Part shown: positions 26,733 to 36,061 of the stretch, one piece after another | How the letters are laid out: each line of letters begins with the position of its first letter | Position numbering within the stretch: position 1 is the first letter of the stretch | IMG/VR virus record: IMGVR_UViG_3300042731_011014 | Coordinates: 32,001-96,000 of that record | Length of the DNA stretch: 64,000 bases | From: a virus | Reading direction: 5' to 3' (one strand) | The notes under the pieces: generated by a model | What the model was told of the DNA's origin: nothing | Databases searched by the model: none | What the model saw: only the letters and a program-made list of their open reading frames with translations | Program-made: the position numbers and the translations under genes

Positions 26733-27329
26733 TTATCTCCTTTTAGGTACATCAATAATTTTCTCTTCACCCAATCCGTGTTTTAGAAATTTAATTATTT
26801 TTTTCAGATCCTCCCACGATTCCCCTTTTTTAGAGGGATTCCTAAGCAGATAGGCAGGGTGATATGTCGGCATTACTGGAATTTCGCAGTGTGACTTATA
26901 AAACTTTCCACGTAACCTAGTTATACCAATATCAGTTTTTAGTATTGTTTTCGTGGCCGGATTACCTAACGTTACTAATAATTTTGGTTTGACAATATCT
27001 ATCTGCCTACTAAGATAATCAAAACACATCTCTATCTCATGTTCTTTTGGATCTCTATTATCTGGCGGGCGACATTTGATGGTATTTACCACGGATACAT
27101 CATCCCTTGAAAGTCCCATCGCTTTCACCATTTTTGTTAATAATTGACCAGCAGATCCAACAAAAGGCCTACCTATTGCGTCTTCACGAGCACCAGGGGC
27201 CTCGCCTATAAACATTATTTCAGAATCAAGCTTTAGCACCCCTGGTACAACTCTATTTCTAACTCTCTGCAATCCACACATTGAACAGTCGCCAATTTCT
27301 TCCTCTAATTTTTTAATCTCATCAATCAT
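26733..27329 (-). CDS. udg: uracil-DNA glycosylase family 4 (Fe-S)
   Basis: CSMC, FIGEAPG..ED..GRPFVG.AG, KCRPP.NR.P, C...., TYHPAYLLRN. Confidence 0.93.
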   Translation of the reverse strand: MIDEIKKLEEEIGDCSMCGLQRVRNRVVPGVLKLDSEIMFIGEAPGAREDAIGRPFVGSAGQLLTKMVKAMGLSRDDVSVVNTIKCRPPDNRDPKEHEIEMCFDYLSRQIDIVKPKLLVTLGNPATKTILKTDIGITRLRGKFYKSHCEIPVMPTYHPAYLLRNPSKKGESWEDLKKIIKFLKHGLGEEKIIDVPKRR

Positions 27330-27420
27330 TACGCCTAGATCTCCTCAGTTTTGGCTCAACGTCTTTAATGCAATGGTTTATTCGCTGAACCAACGCCGAA
27401 ACAATTTCAAAAAATGCCGG

Positions 27421-27618
27421 TTAACCATTATTACTTTTAGTGCACATAATCTCACCGTCTAAAACAACTATTCTAGATAGAAAATTCTTATTATTTACTA
27501 TAAATTCAATATTATATTCACTAGAGGAAGAATCTCTTATTATATTAACAAAATCAAAACATAAACCAAACCTTTTTAAGGATAATATTACCGTGTCTTT
27601 AATTATCGTCTCAAACAT
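27421..27618 (-). CDS. hypothetical protein (65 aa)
   Basis: ORF track; co-oriented. Confidence 0.45.
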   Translation of the reverse strand: MFETIIKDTVILSLKRFGLCFDFVNIIRDSSSSEYNIEFIVNNKNFLSRIVVLDGEIMCTKSNNG

Positions 27619-27630
27619 TTACAAATCTAG

Positions 27631-28041
27631 CTAAAAATCACTTACATCAGCCTCTCCATTTTTTAGCTTAAATCTGACTTCTACCGGCGAATGCGGAGGT
27701 AACCATATCGGCAATTCTATTCTTCCATTTTTCTGATAAGCAATATTTACCCAGTTACCCATTACATTGATAGCCACATCACTCACACCACTATGAGGAA
27801 GAGCATGATTATAACCTTGACTTGGATCAGCCTCATAATAATAAAAAATATCTTTATTATCATCAGTATCTTTTGTTTTTTTTGAAAAAAAACCACCATC
27901 ATTAATTAATTCACACATAGATATCGTTTTTTTAGCTAACTCATTTGCTAATTGAATCTTATTAGTTGTGAATAGGGAACTGTTATCTAAAATCTCTCTA
28001 GCCAATAATTCAACTGTCTCTAGTAATATACCTGGATTCAT
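27631..28041 (-). CDS. hypothetical protein (136 aa)
   Basis: RBS AGGAG. Confidence 0.6.
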   Translation of the reverse strand: MNPGILLETVELLAREILDNSSLFTTNKIQLANELAKKTISMCELINDGGFFSKKTKDTDDNKDIFYYYEADPSQGYNHALPHSGVSDVAINVMGNWVNIAYQKNGRIELPIWLPPHSPVEVRFKLKNGEADVSDF

Positions 28042-28139
28042 TTCGTCTCTCCTATGCTATAGACGATAGATTTTCGCTTAATTCATTTTAAAGTCACTAT
28101 ATCTACTAACCATATCAAGATCAAGCATCTATCATAAAT

Positions 28140-31100
28140 CTAGGAGCATCCACTAGTTCCACCGCAATTATCGCACTTATAGCACGATCCAGATCTGCTC
28201 ATCAGTGCACCGCACTCTCTGCATGTTGGCGCATCAATATCAATAATATAAGCATCACTGGCTATATTTTTCTCATTATCATCATCTAGCATTAAATAGT
28301 GTTTTCCGCCTGGAAAATTACGATCAAGCCATCTAAAAATATAATCCATTATGGACTTAGCCATCCTGATTTCAGGATTATCGGTAATACCTGATGGTTC
28401 AAATATAGTAAATGAGAATTTATCAACCCATACTTTTAAGGGAACTCCATGTTGTAATCCTATTGAAATCGCCGTCGCGAAGCTATCCATTAGTCCTCTA
28501 ATTGTACTACCTTCTTTGGCAACATTAATAAAAATCTCACCAATAAAACCAGATTCATACATACCAGCAGTAATATACCCCTTGTGACCCCCAATATTAA
28601 ACCTGTGAGTAACACTGGATCTGGTATTTGGCATTTTAGCTCTGTTTACTGTTGGCGGCTTAATGATATGCTTATTGGACTCCTTTTTTTCATCCATTGA
28701 CGTGTTTAACGGTTGAGTTCTTTTGCACCCATCACGATAAACTGTAATGGATTTCAGTCCAAGACGCCAAGCTTGAATATAAGCATTTTTTATATCTTCA
28801 ACAGTAGAATCACTAGGCATATTAACAGTTTTACTAATAGCCCCCGAGAGAAATGGTTGAACAGCAGCCATCATTTTAATATGACCCATATAATCTATCA
28901 TACGACCATTCGTTGACGACCTAAGCGAACAATCAAAAACAGCAAGATGATCTTCTTTAATATAAGGAGATCCGTCAATTGTGCCTTTCTTTTCTATATA
29001 ATCTACTATTTCCTCTATCTGTACACTATTATATTTGAGACTTTCTAAGGACCCCACAACCGACTGATTAACTATCTTTACAGTTCCTCCGCCAACCATT
29101 TTTTTATACTTTACAAGCGCAAGTTCAGGCTCAATACCGGTTGTGTCACAATCCATCATAAAACCAATAGTCCCGGTCGGCGCTAATAATGTTGTCTGCG
29201 CGTTTCTACACCCATAGCCATCTTGTAACCAAGTCTTGGCCTGAGCCCATCTTTCAAAAATCCTTTTATAAAAATCATTACTAATATAATATTCACTAAT
29301 CTTAGTGCTTTCATGGGCATGTCTACCGATTATATTTTCATCCATATGTTTACAATCAAAACCCTCAAATGAACCCCTCTCCTTTGCCATCTCAATACTG
29401 GTACAATATGCCTCTGCTGTCATTAAAGACGTTACAGCAGCGGCAAAACCTCTCCCCTTTTTACTATCATAGGGTATACCCTTACTCATTAATAACGCAC
29501 CCAAATTAGCATAACCAAGGCCAAGCGTCCTGTACTTATGGCTATTCTCTTTAATTTTCTTAGTTGGATAGCCCGACTTATCTACAAGTATATCCTGCGC
29601 AATAATCATGATTCGCACAACATGCGAAAATAAATCAAAATTAAATTCTCCATTTTCGTTGAATTTTTTTAGATTAATACTGGCAAGATTGCACGCACTA
29701 TTATCCAGAAACATATACTCACCACAATTATGCACACACAGTCCATTTGCCAAACCAATGTTAGTAATCGGGCAACTAAAATCATAAACATCATCTTTTC
29801 CACAACTCTCAACTGATATAATCTTTAAGAAGTTTCTCCTCGATCCAGAATAACTATCTACAACACTATTGGCATTACATATCAATCTAAGTTTTTCTTG
29901 TTGACATCTCTGCGGAAAACCAATAAATTTCGCAAACTTTATTCTATCGATCATATCGGTAATTTCAAGATGATATGATTCTTTACTAACATATTCACCA
30001 TTTGGCCATAAAATATTAACTTCCTTATTATGACACCTAACCGAACTTGATATATCCATAGATTGTAATAGCAATTGAACATTATTAAGCATTTCCTTGC
30101 ATGTAGATACAAGCCTAATAGCCTCATTTGAATCGCAACATACATTCCCATTGGCACCAAAAAGGCCTCTTAAAAACGAACATTGTGCATTATGCGTAAG
30201 ACCAAAAAGAAAATTTGGTAAATCCCTGTCTGGTAGTGCAGACATATCCATACCAATTTCTTCTAACCAGTGAAAAAAATAACTACTAGAAAATACATAA
30301 CACCTTTTATTTAGATTATAAGACGGATCCGTTTTATTAATATCAGAAAAAATAGGCAATACTGTATTCTCGATAAATTCAGTGTCCTTTCCTTTGGTAA
30401 AATAAAGAGATACGACACGGCTACTCTTATTGTATCCACCATCCCCTTGGAGAAAACCCAAAGACTCCATTAATATTTTTGAAGCATAAGAATAGTACTT
30501 TCCAGTCTTTCCAGTTATACATTTTGGAATTTTATTCGCCAGATCACTCCCAGCATTACCCTGTAATACGCATGGAATAATAAGTCCCCTTGACTCAACC
30601 GCTGGAACAAACCCTATTTCAGTTAGTATCCTATGATCACCGGTTAACCTTATTTCATGACCTCTATTGGTTTTTATCTTAACAATATCTTTTACCCCCG
30701 TCTTCCAAACTTCACCTTTTACATATCCAAATCCATCAAATATTCCAACGGATTTTCCATCAAGATCTTCTACTTTTTTCCACCCAGAAGATGTTAATAA
30801 TCTGGTACCCCTACTAATACATGGATTACTAGAGTTAATTCTACCCTCTGATGGCACTGTATTCCAACTATTTATGGTAGTATCAAATTGGATCCCAGGA
30901 TCACCGCAAACATGTGCAGCCTCAGCAATAGCCGTAAAAACATCTCTAGCCTTAACCCTATCAATAGCTTTACCGTCAGTTACAGCTATCAAATCATAGA
31001 AGTCATCGTTTTCATATGCTCCCATAAACTCATCAGTTACCCTAACACTATTATTGGCATTCTGATAACATACCGTATTGTAAGCATCGCCATTTATAGA

Positions 31101-33935
31101 TCCATCATAACCAGCATCTATTAGAGCCCATGCCTTTTTTTCCTCTTTAACTTTACAATTAATAAAGTCCATTATATCTGGGTGATTTACGTTTAATATT
31201 GCGATCTTAGCAGCCCTGCGCGTATTAAAAACAGCAATACCTGATCCGGATTTTCTACCATCACTCCATATTACAAAATTATGACCACTATTTTCTGTTT
31301 TATCATCATTTGTCTCACAAAAAACCTCAACATCGTATGAATCGTGAATACCGATGCTTTCCACCCTCAACACTCTGTGATTATCCTCCTTAACCTCTTT
31401 TAGAAAACTTTCATACCCACCAAAATTGTTTTCTATTGACTCTAGTATTTTTTTCGCAGACGAGAAATTACCAATAATTTTTTTTCTATTTTCACAATAA
31501 AGATCAAATGTATCAATACATCCACCATTATTGATAATCCTGTAAGCTAAATTCTTCATCCTTTTTCTAACAGAAAGCTTTTGCAATTCAGATGGATTTC
31601 TTTTTTTCATACCATCCCTTTGCTTTTTTCTATACTCCTCAACCTTCTCAGAATTCTTCCAAAAAACAGAATCAGCATGCATTCCATTTAGTTTTTCAGA
31701 TCTTGAAAATTTTCTTTTCGAAAAAACATGACTCCCTTTTTCAAATAACTCTTTTCCATGAATCGAAGCATGTTCTGATTGAGGCATAATTTTTAAATTA
31801 GAAATATCGTTGTTCATCCTGTCCCCATCAATATGATGAACAATATCGCCATTTTTACACTGTAAAATATCCTCTGCGACTAACCTATGGAGGTGATTTT
31901 TCCCTTTGAGACCATCTCTTAGATTAACTCTTAAATATCCACTATTTTCTGATATCACACAAGAAAACAAGGACATGCCTTCTCTAAGGTTTCCAGCATT
32001 TACTGTATTCCCATCAGCCATTCTAATTGGATGATCATACGAGACCTCGAAAAAGCCTTTATCTGTAGTAATCCTAATCATCTCTTTTGGACTAGACTTC
32101 CATGCTTGAGCTTTTTTTGCTACATATCTATTCCTAGGGGGATCAAATGATAAGCATATAAACTCATCCAATTTCGCTAACTCTTCAACTCGAACTGGTC
32201 CATTGTTCGTATAGATTCTCTGCCATGGTATTAAACACTTACCTCCACTACGAATTACTCCAGCCCACGAATCATATCCACGCATAAAAGACACTGGTCC
32301 ACTAGCATACCCGCCACCTCTAACATGCTCCTTTGTGCTACGAAGCGTTGAAAAATTCGTGCCTGTTCCAGATCCATGCTTAAAAAGCATACCTTCAGTT
32401 TTAACAAGATCAAGGATTGAATCCATATCATCCTCAACCTCATTGATAAAACAATTATGAGTAACATACCCTTCATAAAGAAACTCTTCGTTTGAAGATT
32501 GTATATCAAAAACCTCTTCGGGCTCATCAAGCATTTTTATTGATTTTATCTTCACCCTATGCAAATCATGCTTTTGCTTTCCTTTTCTCGAAAAAGTTCC
32601 AAACAGCGCTTCATTTTTATCCTTAGCTAAAAAACCAATCCTCTCCCGGAAAATCTCCCTTTCACTCTCATATGATATATCGACACACCATGAGTCAAAT
32701 CTATCTTCTCTCTTATCCTTTTTTTCACCGTATCTAGAGAAAATACCAACACTTTGCAGTAACAATTGCACCCCATCAATAAAATCCCTGGGCATTCTAC
32801 TTAATCCCACAGAGTGTCTTTCTTTAGTAATATATCCATTGCACTGAAAAACACTTTTCAAATAAGATATTCTTGCTCTTATATTAGCCCCTTTAATTCT
32901 CTTGGGAACTCTAGCTTCCTTTTTTCTATACATAAGTTCATATTTTTCAATAAAGTCCCTAAATATCCTTCCATAAGATCTAAATCTAATAAAATCAATA
33001 TTAGGATCTTCTGTTTCCTCGGGAATCTCATTAAACTTAACATTTGGAAAAACTACATCTAAATGTTCTCTAATCCAGGATCTTTCATATTCATTAATTG
33101 TTTCAAATTCAACTATATAAGAATTACACTCATATTTTCCAATAAAACCATTACAAACAAGCCATCCAGCTAATGCAGCCTCACTTTCGCAAATCTGATC
33201 CCCTTGTTCAATTACCGTCCTTTGCCTCCATAAATAATCCCCAATATTTAACTCATCAACTCTTTTCCATTTACCATTACCTTTATGATGATGCGCAGAA
33301 AAAAACCTATGATCTGTAGTTGCGTACAATCTAGAACCATTAACAAGTTCTATTTCAATGACTTCCCTGAAACCGTTATTCTTCTTCGCCTCAAGACTCG
33401 CAACACCTTCCTTTGTTATCAACCCTATCTTAATCCCGTAACCATCTTCCAGCTTGTTATTAATAATATCCCTCATGGTCATCATTCCAAAATCGGTCAT
33501 AACAGTTGCATAACCAGGTAGGCATGCTGAACATTGCGGATTATCCTCAACACCCACGTTAAACCAAACAGGGCTATTAAACGCTGCATATTGTTTAATT
33601 AAGATGTACCTCAATTCGTCAAGAAAATTAGCTGCGTCATCATTATCAAAATATTCCTGCTCAATACCCCAATTTGTTATTGTCTTAGCCACCCGCTCAA
33701 CAAGGCTTATTACACTGTTTTCCCTTTCTAAGCTTCCTAGCTTTCCCCTAAAATACTTCTGAGCTACAATATTAAGCGCTGTCTGTGACCAATCTTTGGG
33801 CACTTCAACATTTTTTTGGCTAAAGAAGACTTCACCTTTTTCATTCGTAATTACAGCATCCCTTCTTTCGACCTCAATACCCATGTATGAATCACGAATT
33901 TTAATATCAGATGTTAGTATCCTATCTATTTTCAT
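28140..33935 (-). CDS. nrdJ: class II (B12-dependent) ribonucleotide reductase with three inteins, C-terminal TSCPD domain and Zn ribbon
   Basis: Exteins give FNSPVWFN, PQCSA|CF, GSGTGTNFS, GGK|TRRAA, SSNP|CGE, CNLASINL, APTGTIGF, ISKTVNMP, YRDG, terminal CRECG...CDNCG. Confidence 0.95.
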   Translation of the reverse strand: MKIDRILTSDIKIRDSYMGIEVERRDAVITNEKGEVFFSQKNVEVPKDWSQTALNIVAQKYFRGKLGSLERENSVISLVERVAKTITNWGIEQEYFDNDDAANFLDELRYILIKQYAAFNSPVWFNVGVEDNPQCSACLPGYATVMTDFGMMTMRDIINNKLEDGYGIKIGLITKEGVASLEAKKNNGFREVIEIELVNGSRLYATTDHRFFSAHHHKGNGKWKRVDELNIGDYLWRQRTVIEQGDQICESEAALAGWLVCNGFIGKYECNSYIVEFETINEYERSWIREHLDVVFPNVKFNEIPEETEDPNIDFIRFRSYGRIFRDFIEKYELMYRKKEARVPKRIKGANIRARISYLKSVFQCNGYITKERHSVGLSRMPRDFIDGVQLLLQSVGIFSRYGEKKDKREDRFDSWCVDISYESEREIFRERIGFLAKDKNEALFGTFSRKGKQKHDLHRVKIKSIKMLDEPEEVFDIQSSNEEFLYEGYVTHNCFINEVEDDMDSILDLVKTEGMLFKHGSGTGTNFSTLRSTKEHVRGGGYASGPVSFMRGYDSWAGVIRSGGKCLIPWQRIYTNNGPVRVEELAKLDEFICLSFDPPRNRYVAKKAQAWKSSPKEMIRITTDKGFFEVSYDHPIRMADGNTVNAGNLREGMSLFSCVISENSGYLRVNLRDGLKGKNHLHRLVAEDILQCKNGDIVHHIDGDRMNNDISNLKIMPQSEHASIHGKELFEKGSHVFSKRKFSRSEKLNGMHADSVFWKNSEKVEEYRKKQRDGMKKRNPSELQKLSVRKRMKNLAYRIINNGGCIDTFDLYCENRKKIIGNFSSAKKILESIENNFGGYESFLKEVKEDNHRVLRVESIGIHDSYDVEVFCETNDDKTENSGHNFVIWSDGRKSGSGIAVFNTRRAAKIAILNVNHPDIMDFINCKVKEEKKAWALIDAGYDGSINGDAYNTVCYQNANNSVRVTDEFMGAYENDDFYDLIAVTDGKAIDRVKARDVFTAIAEAAHVCGDPGIQFDTTINSWNTVPSEGRINSSNPCISRGTRLLTSSGWKKVEDLDGKSVGIFDGFGYVKGEVWKTGVKDIVKIKTNRGHEIRLTGDHRILTEIGFVPAVESRGLIIPCVLQGNAGSDLANKIPKCITGKTGKYYSYASKILMESLGFLQGDGGYNKSSRVVSLYFTKGKDTEFIENTVLPIFSDINKTDPSYNLNKRCYVFSSSYFFHWLEEIGMDMSALPDRDLPNFLFGLTHNAQCSFLRGLFGANGNVCCDSNEAIRLVSTCKEMLNNVQLLLQSMDISSSVRCHNKEVNILWPNGEYVSKESYHLEITDMIDRIKFAKFIGFPQRCQQEKLRLICNANSVVDSYSGSRRNFLKIISVESCGKDDVYDFSCPITNIGLANGLCVHNCGEYMFLDNSACNLASINLKKFNENGEFNFDLFSHVVRIMIIAQDILVDKSGYPTKKIKENSHKYRTLGLGYANLGALLMSKGIPYDSKKGRGFAAAVTSLMTAEAYCTSIEMAKERGSFEGFDCKHMDENIIGRHAHESTKISEYYISNDFYKRIFERWAQAKTWLQDGYGCRNAQTTLLAPTGTIGFMMDCDTTGIEPELALVKYKKMVGGGTVKIVNQSVVGSLESLKYNSVQIEEIVDYIEKKGTIDGSPYIKEDHLAVFDCSLRSSTNGRMIDYMGHIKMMAAVQPFLSGAISKTVNMPSDSTVEDIKNAYIQAWRLGLKSITVYRDGCKRTQPLNTSMDEKKESNKHIIKPPTVNRAKMPNTRSSVTHRFNIGGHKGYITAGMYESGFIGEIFINVAKEGSTIRGLMDSFATAISIGLQHGVPLKVWVDKFSFTIFEPSGITDNPEIRMAKSIMDYIFRWLDRNFPGGKHYLMLDDDNEKNIASDAYIIDIDAPTCRECGALMSRSGSCYKCDNCGGTSGCS
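29727..30821 (-). mobile_element. RNR intein 3, LAGLIDADG type, at the NP|CGE active-site Cys (aa 1039-1403)
   Basis: SSNP|CISRGT...NGLCVHN|CGE; blocks LGFLQGDG and FLRGLFGANG. Confidence 0.9.
31224..32237 (-). mobile_element. RNR intein 2 with HNH endonuclease, ending Phe-Asn (aa 567-904)
   Basis: GGK|CLIPWQ...SGIAVFN|T; HRLVAE...VHHIDGDRMNNDISNL..M...EHASIH. Confidence 0.88.
32454..33524 (-). mobile_element. RNR intein 1, LAGLIDADG type (aa 138-494)
   Basis: CSA|CLPGYATV...GYVTHN|C; blocks LAGWLVCNG and YLKSVFQCNG. Confidence 0.9.
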
Positions 33936-33985
33936 TACGATCCCTTTACTTTGTCCACGCGTGGGAGTTACCTATAATTTTCTCC

Positions 33986-34267
33986 TTACCTAACTACGTT
34001 CCTATTAAATGTAAATATTAAAACATCATCAAAACAATCACCAAGATTCCATTTAATAAATCCCAATGAATGAACCCCTTTAAAAACATTAAAACCAACT
34101 ATGTTTTTACCATCAAACACCTCAACAAACCTGTACCCTAATCCCTTCATTTTATTTAAAGACTTCCACGTCAGCCTTATGGATAAATCATTATCAATTA
34201 CAGATTCTAAATCACGCCTGATACGCCTTGATAACTTTAACCTATCAAGCAGTTTAACCCAGAACAT
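33986..34267 (-). CDS. hypothetical protein (93 aa)
   Basis: RBS GGAGGGG. Confidence 0.6.
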   Translation of the reverse strand: MFWVKLLDRLKLSRRIRRDLESVIDNDLSIRLTWKSLNKMKGLGYRFVEVFDGKNIVGFNVFKGVHSLGFIKWNLGDCFDDVLIFTFNRNVVR

Positions 34268-34273
34268 ACATCA

Positions 34274-34597
34274 CTACCCCCTCCATGTTTCGGTATTTAT
34301 ATATTCCATCGGCACATACTTCACTAACCAAACACCGTTCTCAGATAAATAAAAATCATGACCATCTCTACTCATATCATTTGCGCGAATTACAAGAACA
34401 ATAGGAACACCATGCCTTGAACCAATATCCATAGCTATTTCACCATCAGCAGATAAATGAACATATTGCCTATTTCCAGGCTTGATGCCACCTTCCATTA
34501 TCGATCTTACAGATGTAACAGCGGTCCCGTGATAAAGCAATTGTGGTGGCATAATAGGTTTTAGATCTAAATCAACATTTACGGGATCATATCTCAT
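34274..34597 (-). CDS. KptA/Tpt1 RNA 2'-phosphotransferase, C-terminal NAD-binding lobe only
   Basis: VDLDL.P..PP.LLYHGT, GIKPGNRQYVHLS, G.RHG, FYLSENGVWL; probable start MRYDP at 34597 (GAGG RBS); the N-terminal lobe is absent. Confidence 0.8.
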   Translation of the reverse strand: MRYDPVNVDLDLKPIMPPQLLYHGTAVTSVRSIMEGGIKPGNRQYVHLSADGEIAMDIGSRHGVPIVLVIRANDMSRDGHDFYLSENGVWLVKYVPMEYINTETWRG

Positions 34598-34675
34598 TTT
34601 TTTCCTCAAAATAATACACAAAGGGTCGCTTAGCGTCCCTCCGCACGAAAACACCTACATATCATCTTAATAAAA

Positions 34676-34707
34676 ATTGTGACCCTAAAATCAATTATGT
34701 CAATGGT
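34676..34707 (-). promoter_or_regulatory. sigma70-like promoter starting the accessory and nucleotide-metabolism block
   Basis: ACCA-TTGACA-16 bp-CACAAT, the same architecture as the three conserved copies. Confidence 0.6.
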
Positions 34708-34724
34708 TTTTTTGAGTAAAAAAT

Positions 34725-35144
34725 TTATCTGTTTAATGTTGCTAGCTTATATGCACCATAGGTCGCAACACTGGAAGCTATAAAGCCAACTACTACCCCA
34801 ACCCACAGTTTATTTTGATTCCACCAACTTTTCTGGCTTAATTTCTCAATTTTTTTATCGGCCTTTTTAAGGGCCTCTTTATATTCATTTTCTTTGAATT
34901 CCCACAAATCAGTATTTATTTTTACCTTATTCTCTAGTGACTTAAACTCAATCCTAATCTTCCCAACTTTTATAGCTGTCGCCTCATTCATTAACACCCC
35001 GCTAAACGGAGATTCCTCACCTTTCTTGATTTTCAAATAAACACTGTCTTTTTTATCGGCAAGCAAATTAAAAGAAAACAGAGTTATAAAAAACACTATA
35101 ATCCACTTCATTTTACTCCCCATCATAATCAAAACCTTTTTCAT
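34725..35144 (-). CDS. membrane protein (signal peptide, coiled coil, C-terminal TM); possibly lysis or spanin related
   Basis: KWIIVFFITLFSFNLLA signal, central coiled coil, LWVGVVVGFIASSVATYGAY TM. Confidence 0.55.
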   Translation of the reverse strand: MKKVLIMMGSKMKWIIVFFITLFSFNLLADKKDSVYLKIKKGEESPFSGVLMNEATAIKVGKIRIEFKSLENKVKINTDLWEFKENEYKEALKKADKKIEKLSQKSWWNQNKLWVGVVVGFIASSVATYGAYKLATLNR

Positions 35145-35198
35145 TGATTAACCGCTGACTACCTTTTAAAAACTTGAGTGTTTCTTTTATCATAGCTC

Positions 35199-35399
35199 TT
35201 ATTCTGTCTTCCTTTTCATCTTTTTGCCACACACTGGACATTTCTTATGTATACACGGTTCACCTATTTCATGATCTTCTTCGTGTCCGCACCTGCATAC
35301 ACATTTTCCTCCTGGGCCAAGTGCATCACCATTATTTCTCCCCAATCTCTCAATTATATTCCGATTCTCTTTTAAAAACCTAAGTGCCTCTTTTATCAT
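35199..35399 (-). CDS. small Cys/His-rich metal-binding protein
   Basis: GPGGKCVCRCGHEEDHEIGEPCIHKKCPVCGKKMKR. Confidence 0.65.
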   Translation of the reverse strand: MIKEALRFLKENRNIIERLGRNNGDALGPGGKCVCRCGHEEDHEIGEPCIHKKCPVCGKKMKRKTE

Positions 35400-35411
35400 T
35401 ATGATACCTTT

Positions 35412-35816
35412 TTAAATAGGATCAGAAGCTATTGCAACCCTAATCTTCATACTACACGCAACTGTCGTTGCAAACTGCTTTCCATCGTTAGTTTTAATTC
35501 TGGCCCCCCAGTAATACGTCCCGTCATCCAAAGATGATGTATCGGCTGGAATTAAATAAACCTTCAACTCACCATTAGTTGCGTCAGTAACTTCAGCCTG
35601 CTCATTTCCACCGCCTGCAAGATTCGCTGTTTTTTTAATGATCTTAGCATCATTATCTGAATCATCCTCATTTAACTTAACAATAAAAAGCGCAGCTGCA
35701 TTAGTAAGATCAATTGCTGCCTCAGTATCAGCGTTTGTAACAGTTAATTTTATTGTTTTATCAGTCCCTTTAATTACTTGAACCTCGCCGCCATCGCAGC
35801 AAACAGTTACAGCCAT
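35412..35816 (-). CDS. BppU-N-like (baseplate upper protein) virion protein
   Basis: GTDKTIKLTV...IDLTNA...DATNGELKVYLIPADT...GTYYW pattern. Confidence 0.65.
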   Translation of the reverse strand: MAVTVCCDGGEVQVIKGTDKTIKLTVTNADTEAAIDLTNAAALFIVKLNEDDSDNDAKIIKKTANLAGGGNEQAEVTDATNGELKVYLIPADTSSLDDGTYYWGARIKTNDGKQFATTVACSMKIRVAIASDPI

Positions 35817-36061
35817 TATTCACATCCTACGTTAAAATTTAGCTCATCAACTTCCTCAACCTCAATAGCTATTGAGTCCTCAGATGTTGTAACACAGATA
35901 TTAAAATCGCCTGAATCTACGAGTAAACTATAACTCGGCTCGTCAGAAACAGAGATTCCTATATCTAACTCTGATACAGAAATTTCTATACCTTCTATTT
36001 CCTCTCTTACAACCGCATATTTAGGCCATAATTTGCCTTTTGTAACTAAAGCTAGACTCAT
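35816..36061 (-). CDS. acidic hypothetical virion-associated protein
   Basis: TAATG coupling. Confidence 0.55.
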   Translation of the reverse strand: MSLALVTKGKLWPKYAVVREEIEGIEISVSELDIGISVSDEPSYSLLVDSGDFNICVTTSEDSIAIEVEEVDELNFNVGCE

